From contig SHWZ01000006.1 of NCBI GenBank assembly GCA_009693575.1, positions 6,523 to 70,522 on the forward strand: 64,000 nt of DNA. Reading direction: 5' to 3'. The notes beneath the pieces are model-generated. The model searched no databases. It was not told where the DNA came from and was given only the letters and a program-made list of their open reading frames with translations. Position 1 is the first letter of the stretch. Each line of letters begins with the position of its first letter. This document shows positions 20,489 to 30,612 of this stretch, piece by piece. The DNA comes from Flavobacteriaceae bacterium (lineage in GTDB: Bacteria; Bacteroidota; Bacteroidia; UKL13-3). The translations under genes were made by a program, and so were the position numbers.

Positions 20489-21372
20489 TGGAGCATATTG
20501 TGATACAAGAAACCGAACTTATCCTGAACTCTGACGGGAGTATCTACCATCTAAAACTAAAGCCGGGTGAAGTTGGCGAAACTATACTTCTGGTAGGAGA
20601 TCCTGAGCGAGTACCAGAAGTATCCAAACATTTTGACAAGGTGGAGCTAACCCGCCATTGCCGCGAATTGTTAACACATTCTGGGTATATTGGCTCAAAG
20701 AAAGTGACCTGTATTAGCACTGGAATGGGCACTGACAATATAGATATTGTGCTGAACGAATTGGATGCCCTTTTCAATGTTGATTTTGAAACGAGAAAAA
20801 TAAAATCTAATTTGACAAAGCTGAATATTATAAGGCTAGGAACCAGTGGCAGCCTGCAAGAAAGCATACCCGTAGACAGTATTTTGGTCAGCAATTTTGC
20901 TTTGGGTTTAGATGCGTTGATGCAATACTACGAGCATACTTTCGAAGATAAAAACACTAAGGAATGTTTAGACAAGTTTGCAAAAAAAATGCAGTTGCCC
21001 CTCCCCTATTTTGTAGCATGCTCAAATGAATTACTAGGGCTATTTCCTGAACTATTGGAAGGAGTCACTGCTACCTGCCCAGGCTTTTATGCTCCACAAG
21101 GAAGGCAGATTAGGGCTTCAACAAATCAATCTTCTAGCGAATTAGTTCAGGAATTAAACCAACTAAAAATAACTGTAGGAAATAAGATGCTTAATGTAAC
21201 CAATTTCGAAATGGAAACTGCAGGAATCTATGGACTAGCTAGGGTGTTGGGGCATGAAGCACTTTCCGTTAATGCAATTTTGGCCAATCGAATAACAAAT
21301 AATTTTTCACAAAATCCTTCCGCAACTATTGAGCGAATGATTCAAGTAGTTTTTGATAAATTATTTGGCTAG
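20488..21372 (+). CDS. Nucleoside phosphorylase (PNP/UDP family)
   Basis: YHL...VGDPERV, STGMGTDNIDIV, IRLGTSG, GFYAPQGR, NFEMET. Confidence 0.9.
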   Translation: MEHIVIQETELILNSDGSIYHLKLKPGEVGETILLVGDPERVPEVSKHFDKVELTRHCRELLTHSGYIGSKKVTCISTGMGTDNIDIVLNELDALFNVDFETRKIKSNLTKLNIIRLGTSGSLQESIPVDSILVSNFALGLDALMQYYEHTFEDKNTKECLDKFAKKMQLPLPYFVACSNELLGLFPELLEGVTATCPGFYAPQGRQIRASTNQSSSELVQELNQLKITVGNKMLNVTNFEMETAGIYGLARVLGHEALSVNAILANRITNNFSQNPSATIERMIQVVFDKLFG

Positions 21373-21380
21373 AAGATTTA

Positions 21381-21959
21381 TTAATCTTCTAAATCGGTAA
21401 CGCCGCCACTAACGATGAATTGCATCATTTGGGCTGAGCGGCCTTCCACTGGCTTCACTTTATCTTTAGGCACCAAATAGAGATTGCCTGAAAAATTGTA
21501 AGAGTGTGGAAAATATACCGCCACAAACCCATCAATTTCAATAGAACTCAAATCCTTTTGCGTAACGAACCCTAGTTTCATGATACCAGTACTACTCATG
21601 GTCACCATCACTGGCTCTTTGAATTTTCGCTTTTCGCCAACAAAAGCCTCCATCATATCCTTCACCGAATTGTATATCATTTTAAGCCCTGGTGTGCGGC
21701 TCATTAGATCTTCAAAAAGGTCTAGAAATGGTTTTGACAACAGCCCTGTGCCTAAATAACCAAGCAGCGTGATAACTCCAATAACGATTGCAAAACCAAC
21801 GCCCGGAACAGGTATGTGTAGCAGGCCATCTAAAAACTCTAGTAACTTGTAGATTACATAAAAAGAAATAAAAATGGGCAGCACAAAAAGTAGCCCTTTC
21901 AGGAAGTAGTTCAATAGCCTACGAGAAATTGGCCGTTGGCGTTGGATAAGTTTTTTCAT
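21381..21959 (-). CDS. DUF502 family membrane protein
   Basis: FLKGLLFVLP, P...IYNSVKD, AVYFPHSYNFSG, FIVSGG. Confidence 0.88.
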   Translation of the reverse strand: MKKLIQRQRPISRRLLNYFLKGLLFVLPIFISFYVIYKLLEFLDGLLHIPVPGVGFAIVIGVITLLGYLGTGLLSKPFLDLFEDLMSRTPGLKMIYNSVKDMMEAFVGEKRKFKEPVMVTMSSTGIMKLGFVTQKDLSSIEIDGFVAVYFPHSYNFSGNLYLVPKDKVKPVEGRSAQMMQFIVSGGVTDLED

Positions 21960-22684
21960 ATCATCGTGTTTTGAATATATATCAGATTGTTGGCGTTAGC
22001 CACTTTTTCTTTTAATCGTTCACTTTTCGAGGTGGAAATACCCCATAATTCTCTACGGGCATTTTCTACTTCAAATTCTCCTATTTTTTCTCGCCTGAGC
22101 GAAGTTAAGCAGGCTCCACAACCGAGTAAGTTTCCAATATCGTTGGCTAGTGTTCGAATATAGGTTCCCTTGCTACATCTTATCTTAAAATGTAATGTTG
22201 GAAGATCGATTTTTGTAATGTTGAATTCATGAACAGTTACCTGCCTTGGTCTTGCAGGAATTTCTTTGTCGGCACGTGCAAGTTCGTAAAGCCTTTTGCC
22301 TCCAACCTTCACTGCTGAATGTGCAGGGGGCTGTTGCAAAATTTCTCCTGTCAATTTTTGTACAGTTTTCAGTACCAATTCTTCAGTAATTTGCGATGTA
22401 TCCTTGCCGAATAATAGTGGCGTTTCAAGGTCATAACTCTCGGTTGACGAACCGAGTAAAATGCGGCCAGTATATATTTTTTCCTGACATTGAATCTGCT
22501 CTATTATTTTCGTTTTCTTTCCGGTGCAAAGTATCAATAACCCCGTAGCCAATGGATCAAGTGTACCTGCATGGCCAATCTTAGAAGGGTATACCAATTT
22601 TTTGAACTCATTAACTACCTCGAATGAACTATAATAAAGAGGCTTGTCAACTAAAATTAACTCGCCTTCATATTGAGAATCCAC
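21956..22684 (-). CDS. truB: tRNA pseudouridine(55) synthase
   Basis: VDKP, KIGHAGTLDPLATG, CSKGTYIRTL, L.R..IG. Confidence 0.95.
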   Translation of the reverse strand: MDSQYEGELILVDKPLYYSSFEVVNEFKKLVYPSKIGHAGTLDPLATGLLILCTGKKTKIIEQIQCQEKIYTGRILLGSSTESYDLETPLLFGKDTSQITEELVLKTVQKLTGEILQQPPAHSAVKVGGKRLYELARADKEIPARPRQVTVHEFNITKIDLPTLHFKIRCSKGTYIRTLANDIGNLLGCGACLTSLRREKIGEFEVENARRELWGISTSKSERLKEKVANANNLIYIQNTMI

Positions 22685-22689
22685 TACTC

Positions 22690-23466
22690 CTACTTGATAA
22701 TAGCTGCGAAGAATATGAGACCAATAATTATTCGGTAGATGCCGAAATACCTAAATCCAATTTTTTGCACATACTTTATGAAAAAATTTACGGTAAGTAT
22801 TGCAATAATAAAGGATATAATATTACCATAAACTAAATAATCAACAGTTCCTGGTTTATCTGCTATTTTATTCCAATCGTGAAACAACTTGTAACCTCCT
22901 GCGATTGTGAGTGTAGGCACTGCTAGAAAAAAGGAAAACTCAGTGGCTTGCTTCCAATTTAACTTTTGTGAAAGCCCACCAAAAATGGTAGCCGCCGATC
23001 GAGACACTCCTGGAATTAATGCCAGACATTGGTATAACCCAATAATAAATGCTTGCTTGTAAGTAATAGGAGCTGATACATAGCTTTTATTTTTGTGGTA
23101 CCAATCATCCATGAACATCAGTACAATACCCACAGTAACAAGTGTGAAAGCAACTATTATAGGTACTTCAAGGGAGTCTACTATCAATGCCTTAAAAGTA
23201 AATCCTATAATTCCTGCAGGCACAAATCCTATAGCTAGTTTAATATAGAAATCGAACCCTGAAAAAAACTTCTTCCAAAACATGACCGGTATGGCCATTA
23301 TCGCCCCAAACTGAACAGCGATGATGTATGTATTCACTACCTCATTCTTGGTAGGATCCAAATGGAGGTAAAACTTAGCCATTAGCATGTGACCAGTAGA
23401 TGATACTGGGATGAATTCTGTTAGCCCTTCAATAATGGCGAGAATTATTGCATTAATTAAGTTCAT
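22690..23466 (-). CDS. uppP: Undecaprenyl-diphosphate phosphatase
   Basis: EGLTEFIPVSSTGH, PGVSRSAATI, FSFFLAVP. Confidence 0.95.
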   Translation of the reverse strand: MNLINAIILAIIEGLTEFIPVSSTGHMLMAKFYLHLDPTKNEVVNTYIIAVQFGAIMAIPVMFWKKFFSGFDFYIKLAIGFVPAGIIGFTFKALIVDSLEVPIIVAFTLVTVGIVLMFMDDWYHKNKSYVSAPITYKQAFIIGLYQCLALIPGVSRSAATIFGGLSQKLNWKQATEFSFFLAVPTLTIAGGYKLFHDWNKIADKPGTVDYLVYGNIISFIIAILTVNFFIKYVQKIGFRYFGIYRIIIGLIFFAAIIK

Positions 23467-23732
23467 TCTACAGTCTCCTTCTTTTTAGGCTTACGCATGA
23501 TAGCAAATATTTCGATCACAAATCCGGTTAACACCACAATAGGTGCTATCACCATTTTACGCGTGTCATATATGTTTTCACTTCCCGACATAAGCAGAAA
23601 GCCAAGGGCAATAACGCCAAGGCCAATGAACATGAGGCGAAAGTTTTCTTTGCCGAACACAAATTGAGGAGTACCTCCATTGGCTGGTTTTCCGCTTTTG
23701 GCAGAGGTTGTTTTAATTAGTTTTTTTTCCAT
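23463..23732 (-). CDS. DUF3098 family membrane protein
   Basis: FVFGKENF..M.IG...I.LGF.LM.G; AP...L.G; located between ftsX and uppP, the usual Bacteroidota order. Confidence 0.85.
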   Translation of the reverse strand: MEKKLIKTTSAKSGKPANGGTPQFVFGKENFRLMFIGLGVIALGFLLMSGSENIYDTRKMVIAPIVVLTGFVIEIFAIMRKPKKKETVE

Positions 23733-23751
23733 TATTTGTTAGTGGGAAATA

Positions 23752-24624
23752 TCAATATAGGTCGTCGATGCGAGTGCGAAGGTACTTATGCGTAGCAAAC
23801 CAAGTGCAAATGCCGCTGATGAGAATGCCCGCCAATGAAAGAGCTAACAGTAGTCCTGCGAGGAGCCCAAGATTTATATTGCGTTGAAAAGCAGGCAACA
23901 ACACATCTAAATCAGGAACAAAAAGTAACAATAAGTAGCCAGTGTTAAAAACTAACAAAGCAGCAGCTATACCTGAATAGATGCCATTTTTGATAGATTG
24001 AATCAAGAAAGGACGAATGATAAAATTCTCAGTAGCACCCACCAACTGCATGCTTTTTATTAAAAACCGTTGGCTGAAAATATTGAGCCGAACCGTGTTG
24101 TTGATTAGAATGACCGCAATGATGGCAAAGAGCAGGCTTAGGCCAAACATCACAGGCTCAGCCACAGCAAAGTTTTTCTCCAAGTCGTAAAGTTCACTGT
24201 CTTGATAGCGGAGGTCAGCTACGGCTCTGCAGGTGGCTATCCTTTTCTTTATTTCTGCAATTTTTTCAGGGTTTGCTTCTTCTTTTTTTAGGTAGATTTC
24301 GTAGCAGGAAGGAAGCGGATTGTAGCCAATGTCTTCCACAAAGTCTTGGCCGAGTGCTTCCTTCTCGATGGCTGCTGCCTGTTCTTTATCAATAAAAACA
24401 TACCTGTTGACAAACGGGGCTTCCAATACCATCCGCTTGAATTCGTTAGTGATGTTTGCATCCACCGAGTCCCTCATGTAGACATTCATCACTATGTTTT
24501 CTTTGAGGTAGCCGCTGAGGTTGTTTCCCACATAAACCATGAGACCAAAAAGGGAAAACATGTACAGCACCAAGGCAGTACTGGCAAGCGAAATAAGAAA
24601 ATGGGTGCGTTTAGAGGCCGTCAT
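23752..24624 (-). CDS. ftsX: Cell division permease FtsX
   Basis: S.ALVL, GYNPLP, INNTVRL.I.SQRFLIKSMQLVGAT..FI.RPF; promoter element TATCTTTG at 24635-24642 on the minus strand. Confidence 0.92.
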   Translation of the reverse strand: MTASKRTHFLISLASTALVLYMFSLFGLMVYVGNNLSGYLKENIVMNVYMRDSVDANITNEFKRMVLEAPFVNRYVFIDKEQAAAIEKEALGQDFVEDIGYNPLPSCYEIYLKKEEANPEKIAEIKKRIATCRAVADLRYQDSELYDLEKNFAVAEPVMFGLSLLFAIIAVILINNTVRLNIFSQRFLIKSMQLVGATENFIIRPFLIQSIKNGIYSGIAAALLVFNTGYLLLLFVPDLDVLLPAFQRNINLGLLAGLLLALSLAGILISGICTWFATHKYLRTRIDDLY

Positions 24625-25062
24625 CTATTGGCTGCAAAGATAGGAATTAGCTATGTGCCACCACCACAGTAAAAGTTGAACTAATTGACGGGTCTGATGC
24701 TATGTGGTTCGTTCCACTCATACGGGTCAGGGTTTCTTTCGTTTTCTGCTCCTATTACTTTTTCTCAGTGCTGTTGGTAACATTTACTAGATCAAGCTTT
24801 TTATTCCAAAATTGAAATTGAGTAGCCATCACTGCTCCAAAAATCATTTTGCCATCGGCCGCTTCAAATCAAAAACTTAGCTTCAAAGTGGCCAAACTTA
24901 GCTAGGCTGTTCATTAAATCAGCGGACGAAATGATGGTTGAAAGCCACCACCAACCAATTAAATTTCGAGGAACAAAGACTCACATCTGTTTGTTGGCAA
25001 GAAAAAGCCTTGGCCCAGGTCGCTCATTGCTAAGAATTACGAGTAATCGGGTTGAACGCTCC

Positions 25063-25554
25063 TCAGTTTTTCTGCGTACCCATCAACGTAACCCTGAACC
25101 CGTGGGTGCTTTGGATGAAATTGGCGTTGGTAAAAAGTTCGGCACCGACGGCTAAATCCCTCAAAACTCGAAAACTGATACCAATGCTGCTGCTGAGGCC
25201 AATGGTAGGCACTATGGTGTTGTCCATGCGTCGGCCAACCATAAAGCCAGGCCCAACACAAATGTAGGGGATGGCCACCCGTCCCTTGTGCATGAGGCCA
25301 AAAGAGTAGTTGAAATTCCACAGACTACGAACGTAGGTGGGGCGAAAAGTGACATCGGCCGACAGCCGCTTGTAGAACTTATTTTTCTTGTTCACAAAAT
25401 TGTAGCCCCCGCCAAAGTTGAAGCCTTGCAAGTCGCGGTCGAAATACTTGTAGCCATAGCCGGCACCGAGCAGAAACCAATCGCCTTTGGCATTGTGCTG
25501 CCCGCTGCTTAGCAGAGATAAGGTGAGAATAGTTAGGAGGAGGAAGGCTTTCAT
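25063..25554 (-). CDS. Hypothetical exported small beta-barrel-like protein
   Basis: Signal peptide begins at MKAFLLL (25554); alternating aromatic/Gly strands. The track's 65-aa extension to 25749 is unlikely to be real. Confidence 0.6.
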   Translation of the reverse strand: MKAFLLLTILTLSLLSSGQHNAKGDWFLLGAGYGYKYFDRDLQGFNFGGGYNFVNKKNKFYKRLSADVTFRPTYVRSLWNFNYSFGLMHKGRVAIPYICVGPGFMVGRRMDNTIVPTIGLSSSIGISFRVLRDLAVGAELFTNANFIQSTHGFRVTLMGTQKN

Positions 25555-25831
25555 AATTACAGTCGTTAACAGCCCCGCTGGGCATTTGGTTGCAAAGTAC
25601 GGGGTTCGCAAGCTGTCCGTTGGAAACACCTGCAGCACAACAACTACCCTCATTTCTTCGTCGCCAAGTCTATTGGAGCATAACATGAGCGATAGAGGTA
25701 CTCGGGGGTATGTGAGATGAAATGCTACAAAAGCGGTGAGTCTACCCATCCAACCCCGGCTGATTTGTAATCAGCCCGCATAAGACAGAGAGTTTGTAAC
25801 CCCGATGGATGCTAACGTTTGATACAACCCC

Positions 25832-26896
25832 TCACTTCTTCTTTATCGGTTTCATGGGCTGCGGCTGCGGCCTCACCAATGAGGCGGGCTTTTCTTCTAC
25901 CACTTTGGCCACTTTGCCATTGCCGCCACATAAAAATACCGTCTTGCCATTCTTGGCCTTGCGGGAGGCATGAAAGCCCTCAGTACTAATCAGCTTCCAC
26001 GAATTGCCAAGGTCGGGGCTTATTTCTGTTCCAGTTGGCCCTGTGCATAAGGCCCTTTTCTTGTCTATAAACTCCACACACGAGCGGTATCCCGCAGGCG
26101 GGCGGCTGCAGCGTTTCCAGTTCTTGCCGCCATCACGAGTGGCGAAGGCATTCGCAACAGTGTCTTTTTCTTGGGTGTAATCTCCGCCCACTATGATGCC
26201 TTGATTCATGTTGGCCATGGCTATGGAAAAGATGCCCTGCGATGGCTTGCCCTGAAGCATTGGGGTATTGTAAAAAGACCACGTTCGGCCAAAATCGCTC
26301 GACATAAATACCCTTGAGCTTTTGCCGCCCGTACTTATGAACACTAGGTTAGGCTTCACACAACGGATGGTAGTGCCGCTGGCCGCAAAACCTACTTCGC
26401 TGTCGTGTACAGGTGGGCAAATAAACGAAGGGAGGACTTGCCAAGTGGCACCACCTGTGCGGGTTTCCACCATCACCAAGCGACCATCTATCGGATCGCT
26501 AAAGGCAAGGCCGTAACGGTCATCCCAAAAATCCATGCCATCAAAGAATATCTTCGGGTCAGCGTTTTTGTAAACCTCCTTCCAGGTTTCGCCGCCATCC
26601 GCTGTTCTCAATATGTAGGCAGGGGTACTGGCGGCAACAATAACGGCAGTAGAATCATTAAAAGCCTCAATGTCGCGGAAGTCCATCTTCTCAAACTTGG
26701 GCACTTGAGTAAATGTCCAAGTGCGGCCACCATTCAGGCTTCGGCCTACGCTGCCCTTAGTGCCGCTCACCCACAACACCGAGTCGTCCACCACGCTTAG
26801 CCCTCTAAAGGAAGCATCGGAGCCGGTTTTCAGCAATTGAATTTTTTGAGCAGACAAAACTGTGGAGCAAAGCAGTAGGATTGTAAGGAGTCTCAT
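25832..26896 (-). CDS. YCF48-related / BNR-repeat beta-propeller protein
   Basis: Signal peptide; SFRGLS, repeated S/T.DGG.TW Asp-boxes, FAASGT. Confidence 0.85.
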   Translation of the reverse strand: MRLLTILLLCSTVLSAQKIQLLKTGSDASFRGLSVVDDSVLWVSGTKGSVGRSLNGGRTWTFTQVPKFEKMDFRDIEAFNDSTAVIVAASTPAYILRTADGGETWKEVYKNADPKIFFDGMDFWDDRYGLAFSDPIDGRLVMVETRTGGATWQVLPSFICPPVHDSEVGFAASGTTIRCVKPNLVFISTGGKSSRVFMSSDFGRTWSFYNTPMLQGKPSQGIFSIAMANMNQGIIVGGDYTQEKDTVANAFATRDGGKNWKRCSRPPAGYRSCVEFIDKKRALCTGPTGTEISPDLGNSWKLISTEGFHASRKAKNGKTVFLCGGNGKVAKVVEEKPASLVRPQPQPMKPIKKK

Positions 26897-26940
26897 TTCT
26901 ATTTGTTTAATAATTTAGGGATTGGTTAATAATCTCAAAA

Positions 26941-27003
26941 CGTCTTTCCGAACTCGTTTCGGAATCTGTTTGATAGAGCTACTGAAACAAGATCAGCATG
27001 ACG
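26941..27003. repeat. REP-like inverted pair (CGTC...GACG type)
   Basis: CGTCTTTCCGAACTCGTTTCGGAATCT ... CTGAAACAAGATCAGCATGACG: two internally palindromic units in inverted orientation. Confidence 0.7.
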
Positions 27004-27036
27004 AAGAGAGAAGTTTATTCTATATATTTTGGTATC

Positions 27037-27357
27037 TTATATCTTCCTTTCAAAATCCGTTAACACATATTCCTGCACCACGTGGCCGCCGACAATATGT
27101 TTCTCTACTATCTCAGCCATCTTTTGCGGGTCAAGGTTTTGGTAATATACACCTTCAGGATACACCACACAGGCTGGCCCAAATTCGCAAGCATCTAAGC
27201 ATCCTGATTTCTGTACCCTCACCTCTCCTTTCAAGCCTTTCTCGGAAAGCAAGCGGCGGCATTCTTTCACCAGGTCCATACCACGTTCTTCGCCACAACA
27301 TTGTTTGCCTTCGGCTTTTTGATTGGTGCAAATGAAGATATGATGGATATAACGCAT
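27037..27357 (-). CDS. Thioredoxin-like (2Fe-2S) ferredoxin
   Basis: HIFICTN...CC...SGCLDACEFGP..VVYPEGVYY...H..GG. Confidence 0.92.
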   Translation of the reverse strand: MRYIHHIFICTNQKAEGKQCCGEERGMDLVKECRRLLSEKGLKGEVRVQKSGCLDACEFGPACVVYPEGVYYQNLDPQKMAEIVEKHIVGGHVVQEYVLTDFERKI

Positions 27358-27462
27358 TTTTAGGAATTAGTAAGGTGAGTAAGTTGGTGAATATATAAAC
27401 TATTAGTGGATGCTTTGAACAATTGAATGTATTAATTCGGTAATGAAAACTGTTACTAGAAC

Positions 27463-28698
27463 TCAACCAATCAATATCCCTGCAATACAAGCTGAAAGAT
27501 AAGAAGCCAGTGTGCCGCAAAAAAGTGCTTTGAGTCCTAGTTTAGCAAGGTCGGCACGGCGGTTGGGTGCCAGTTCACCAATGCCGCCAATCTGCATACC
27601 TACGCTGGCAAAGTTAGCAAAGCCACACAAGGCAAAACTGGCTATGGCCTGGCTTTTGGCTTGCATCATTTCTTTCATAGGAATAAAATCAGAATAAGCC
27701 ACGAATTCATTTATCGTCAATTTTTTTCCCATCAAGGCAGCCACATTTTGCACATCCACTTCGGGCACTCCCATGCACCAAGCCATTGGGTAGAAAATAA
27801 ATCCAAACAACGTATCCAATGAATATCCTGGAGCTATTTTGCCAATGATATAGTTGATGAATGCAATCAGGCCAATGAAACCAATAAGCATTGCCACCAC
27901 ATTCAACGATATTTTCATACCATCTGCTGCACCGTGACTGATGGCATCTATCAAGTTGTTGTAATTGCTTTTCACCTGAAGTTTTACCATCCCCTTGGTC
28001 TCTGATTCTTCTGTTTCAGGAAATACAATTTTAGAAATAACCAAAGCCGCAGGAGCCGCCATGATGCTGGCCGCAAGCAGATAGGGAGCTTCCACCCCCA
28101 TGTTCACGTACACAATGAGAATACCGCCTGCGATGCAAGCCATGCTGCCACTCATACTGCTCAGCAGTTCACTCCTGGTCATTCCGTTCAGGTAAGGTCG
28201 TATCATCACTTGTGCTTCCACTTGTCCTACAAAAGCCGAGGCCACATTGCTCAAAGTTTCTGCCCCACTGGTTCGCATGATTGCATACACACCTTTGGAG
28301 ATAAGGGCAACTATTCGCTGCATGATGCCCAAATGATATAGCATGGCTACCAGCACGCAAACCAAGATAATTGTACATGGTATATTGAAGAAAAAAAGAA
28401 ACCCTTTACCGTTGCCGAAGGTGGGCTCCAACTTCCCCAAACTTCCTGGATCGGCCAAAGCCCCGAATACAAACTTGCCTCCTTCACGCCCAAAGCCTTC
28501 AATCTTTTCCATGCCCTTGCCTAACCATGCAAAAAACTGTTTGATGATATCCACTTTCAACACGAGCAAGGCAAGTAGGAGCTGCAAGGCAAGTCCGCTC
28601 AACACCAAACGGCGGTTAATTGATTTTCGGTTATTGGAAAAAAGATAGGCCAGCCCCAAAATGAGGATGATGCCAAATATGCCGGTGAAACGTTCCAT
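27463..28698 (-). CDS. CNT-family (NupC/NupG) Na+/H+ nucleoside transporter
   Basis: FVGQVEA, MTRSEL, KLTINEFVAY, FALCGFANFASVG.QIGG. Confidence 0.93.
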   Translation of the reverse strand: MERFTGIFGIILILGLAYLFSNNRKSINRRLVLSGLALQLLLALLVLKVDIIKQFFAWLGKGMEKIEGFGREGGKFVFGALADPGSLGKLEPTFGNGKGFLFFFNIPCTIILVCVLVAMLYHLGIMQRIVALISKGVYAIMRTSGAETLSNVASAFVGQVEAQVMIRPYLNGMTRSELLSSMSGSMACIAGGILIVYVNMGVEAPYLLAASIMAAPAALVISKIVFPETEESETKGMVKLQVKSNYNNLIDAISHGAADGMKISLNVVAMLIGFIGLIAFINYIIGKIAPGYSLDTLFGFIFYPMAWCMGVPEVDVQNVAALMGKKLTINEFVAYSDFIPMKEMMQAKSQAIASFALCGFANFASVGMQIGGIGELAPNRRADLAKLGLKALFCGTLASYLSACIAGILIG

Positions 28699-28938
28699 GT
28701 TTTGGTTGGGGTATTTGTATTACTTGCCTCTTGTGGAGAGGTGTAGTGGTGAGGTCGAATCCGCCTCAAAGAAAGAGGCTTAGGGTTCATATTACCAAAC
28801 CTGATCTATTCCTAAGCAAAAGAATGCCTCTGACAAGTTGGCATTTGCAAATAGGCCAATCAGCCCTATATTGCCGTGGAATAGTTGAGGCAAAACCTTG
28901 ACGAAGCCAAAACTGCGAATACCGTTTTCCTAACTAAA

Positions 28939-29486
28939 ATGAAGCCCGTAGCATTTCTCTCCTATACTCTCTTTGTACAGTTTTTACAGGCTGCGGCATT
29001 GAAGGCAAGTCCCCAAACGAACCTACCAAGAGTGCACTCAAAGCAAGGCCTGAAAGAATGATTGAAGGCTTCACTTGGCAATCATTGGAGGATACAAATA
29101 GTTATTTTGTGCAATACATCGCATTGCCCAGAGTGAATAAAATTGACTCGAACCGAAAGAATAAAGAAGTAATTGATTTTGTAGAAGCCCAGCATGTAAT
29201 GAAATATGAATTGACTAACACCGAAGAATATTTTTTACTTCACCTTCTTACGGATAGCAACAGTTTCGAACAAGGCGATTGTGGTACTTTTTGGCTTGAA
29301 GGGGGCTTTGTTTTTTACAAAAATGAACAACTGGCTGGTTACATAGACCTTGGCTGCGGCTATAGTCAGTGGTTATTTCATCCTGAAAATAAGTTGACAA
29401 GAACGGGCAATCTCAACGAGCATGGCTTCTGGAAAATACAAGCTCTGCTCGATAATATTAACAAGCGAAAAAGTGAACAGCCTTAA
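28939..29486 (+). pseudogene. Hypothetical lipoprotein with a frameshift inside its signal peptide (downstream part is ORF 29058-29486)
   Basis: ATG at 28939 (MKPVAFL) is one base out of frame with LLYSLCTVFTGC(lipobox)GIEGK...MIEG; the shift falls in TTTCTCTCCT at about 28954-28963. Confidence 0.6.
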
Positions 29487-30243
29487 CGAAAAGAAAGAAG
29501 CATTTGCCCGGCTGTTGGGCATCATGGACGAACTGCGGGAAAAATGCCCATGGGATAAAAAGCAGAGCATGGAAAGTTTACGCCACCTTAGCATTGAGGA
29601 AACTTACGAACTGGCCGATGCCATATTGCAAAAGGATACCATAGAGATAAGAAAAGAACTTGGCGACCTGCTGCTGCACATCGTTTTTTATGCACGCATA
29701 GCCAGCGAAACAGGTGATTTTGACATTGCAGACGTGATACATGCCCAATGCGACAAACTCATCAATAGGCATCCGCATATTTATGGCGATGTGTTAGCGG
29801 AAACCGAGGAACAGGTGAAACAGAACTGGGAACAGATAAAACTGAAAGAAGGCAACAAATCAACGCTGAGTGGTGTGCCTGTGAGTATGCCCTCATTGGT
29901 GAAAGCCATGCGGATGCAGGAGAAAGCTGCTCAGGTAGGTTTTGATTGGGAAAACAAAGACCAAGTGTGGAGCAAAGTGGACGAGGAACTGGCAGAACTA
30001 CGCCACGAGCTTGACACCAACAGCCCAAAGGCCGAAGAAGAATTTGGGGATCTGTTGTTCGCCTTGGTGAACTATGCCCGCCATAGCGGCATCAACCCCG
30101 AAAGTGCGTTGGAAAAAACCAATATCAAGTTTCGTAAGCGTTTTATGTATATAGAAGAGAAAGCAAAAGAAAACGGCAAAGTGCTTACTGATATGAGCCT
30201 AGAAGAGATGGATGCTTTTTGGAATGAGGCAAAAATGCTCTGA
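29473..30243 (+). CDS. mazG: Nucleoside triphosphate pyrophosphohydrolase MazG
   Basis: LREKCPWD..Q, EETYEL, ELGDLL, KLINRHPHIYG, GFDW, EEEFGDLLF. GTG start at 29473 preferred. Confidence 0.95.
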   Translation: MNSLNEKKEAFARLLGIMDELREKCPWDKKQSMESLRHLSIEETYELADAILQKDTIEIRKELGDLLLHIVFYARIASETGDFDIADVIHAQCDKLINRHPHIYGDVLAETEEQVKQNWEQIKLKEGNKSTLSGVPVSMPSLVKAMRMQEKAAQVGFDWENKDQVWSKVDEELAELRHELDTNSPKAEEEFGDLLFALVNYARHSGINPESALEKTNIKFRKRFMYIEEKAKENGKVLTDMSLEEMDAFWNEAKML

Positions 30244-30612
30244 GCAATGAAAAGCAGAGTGGGTTGGCGGGAGTTTTTCAAGCGGTGGATTTAAGGCTGT
30301 TAGGTTTCTATTTTTTTGCTCCAATACAATGTATCACTAATTGAACTAAACCCTTTCTTCTACTGGATTTTGCTACAATTTATTTTATGATATCAAATTC
30401 ACTGACTTTTAGAAAAAGTAAATTCGGGTGGCAAACTGACGGCAGACAAGGATTTTTTGCTGAGTTGGCTGAGTAATTGACCTAAATCGTATGTTGAATA
30501 GCCCTCAATATTCTTACAAATTAATAGGTTAGAAAAAATAAATAAAAGAGACACAACCTTTAGCAATTTTATTCCATCTTTGCTACTGAAAAAGCTTTAA
30601 CCTAAAACTGTA

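Noticed and set aside
27361..27440. Possible octamer-like tract between nupC and the ferredoxin gene
   Set aside because: Periodicity is too irregular to support by eye.
28700..28930. Riboswitch upstream of the nucleoside transporter
   Set aside because: Only short hairpins and a degenerate REP-like unit; no purine-riboswitch consensus recognised.
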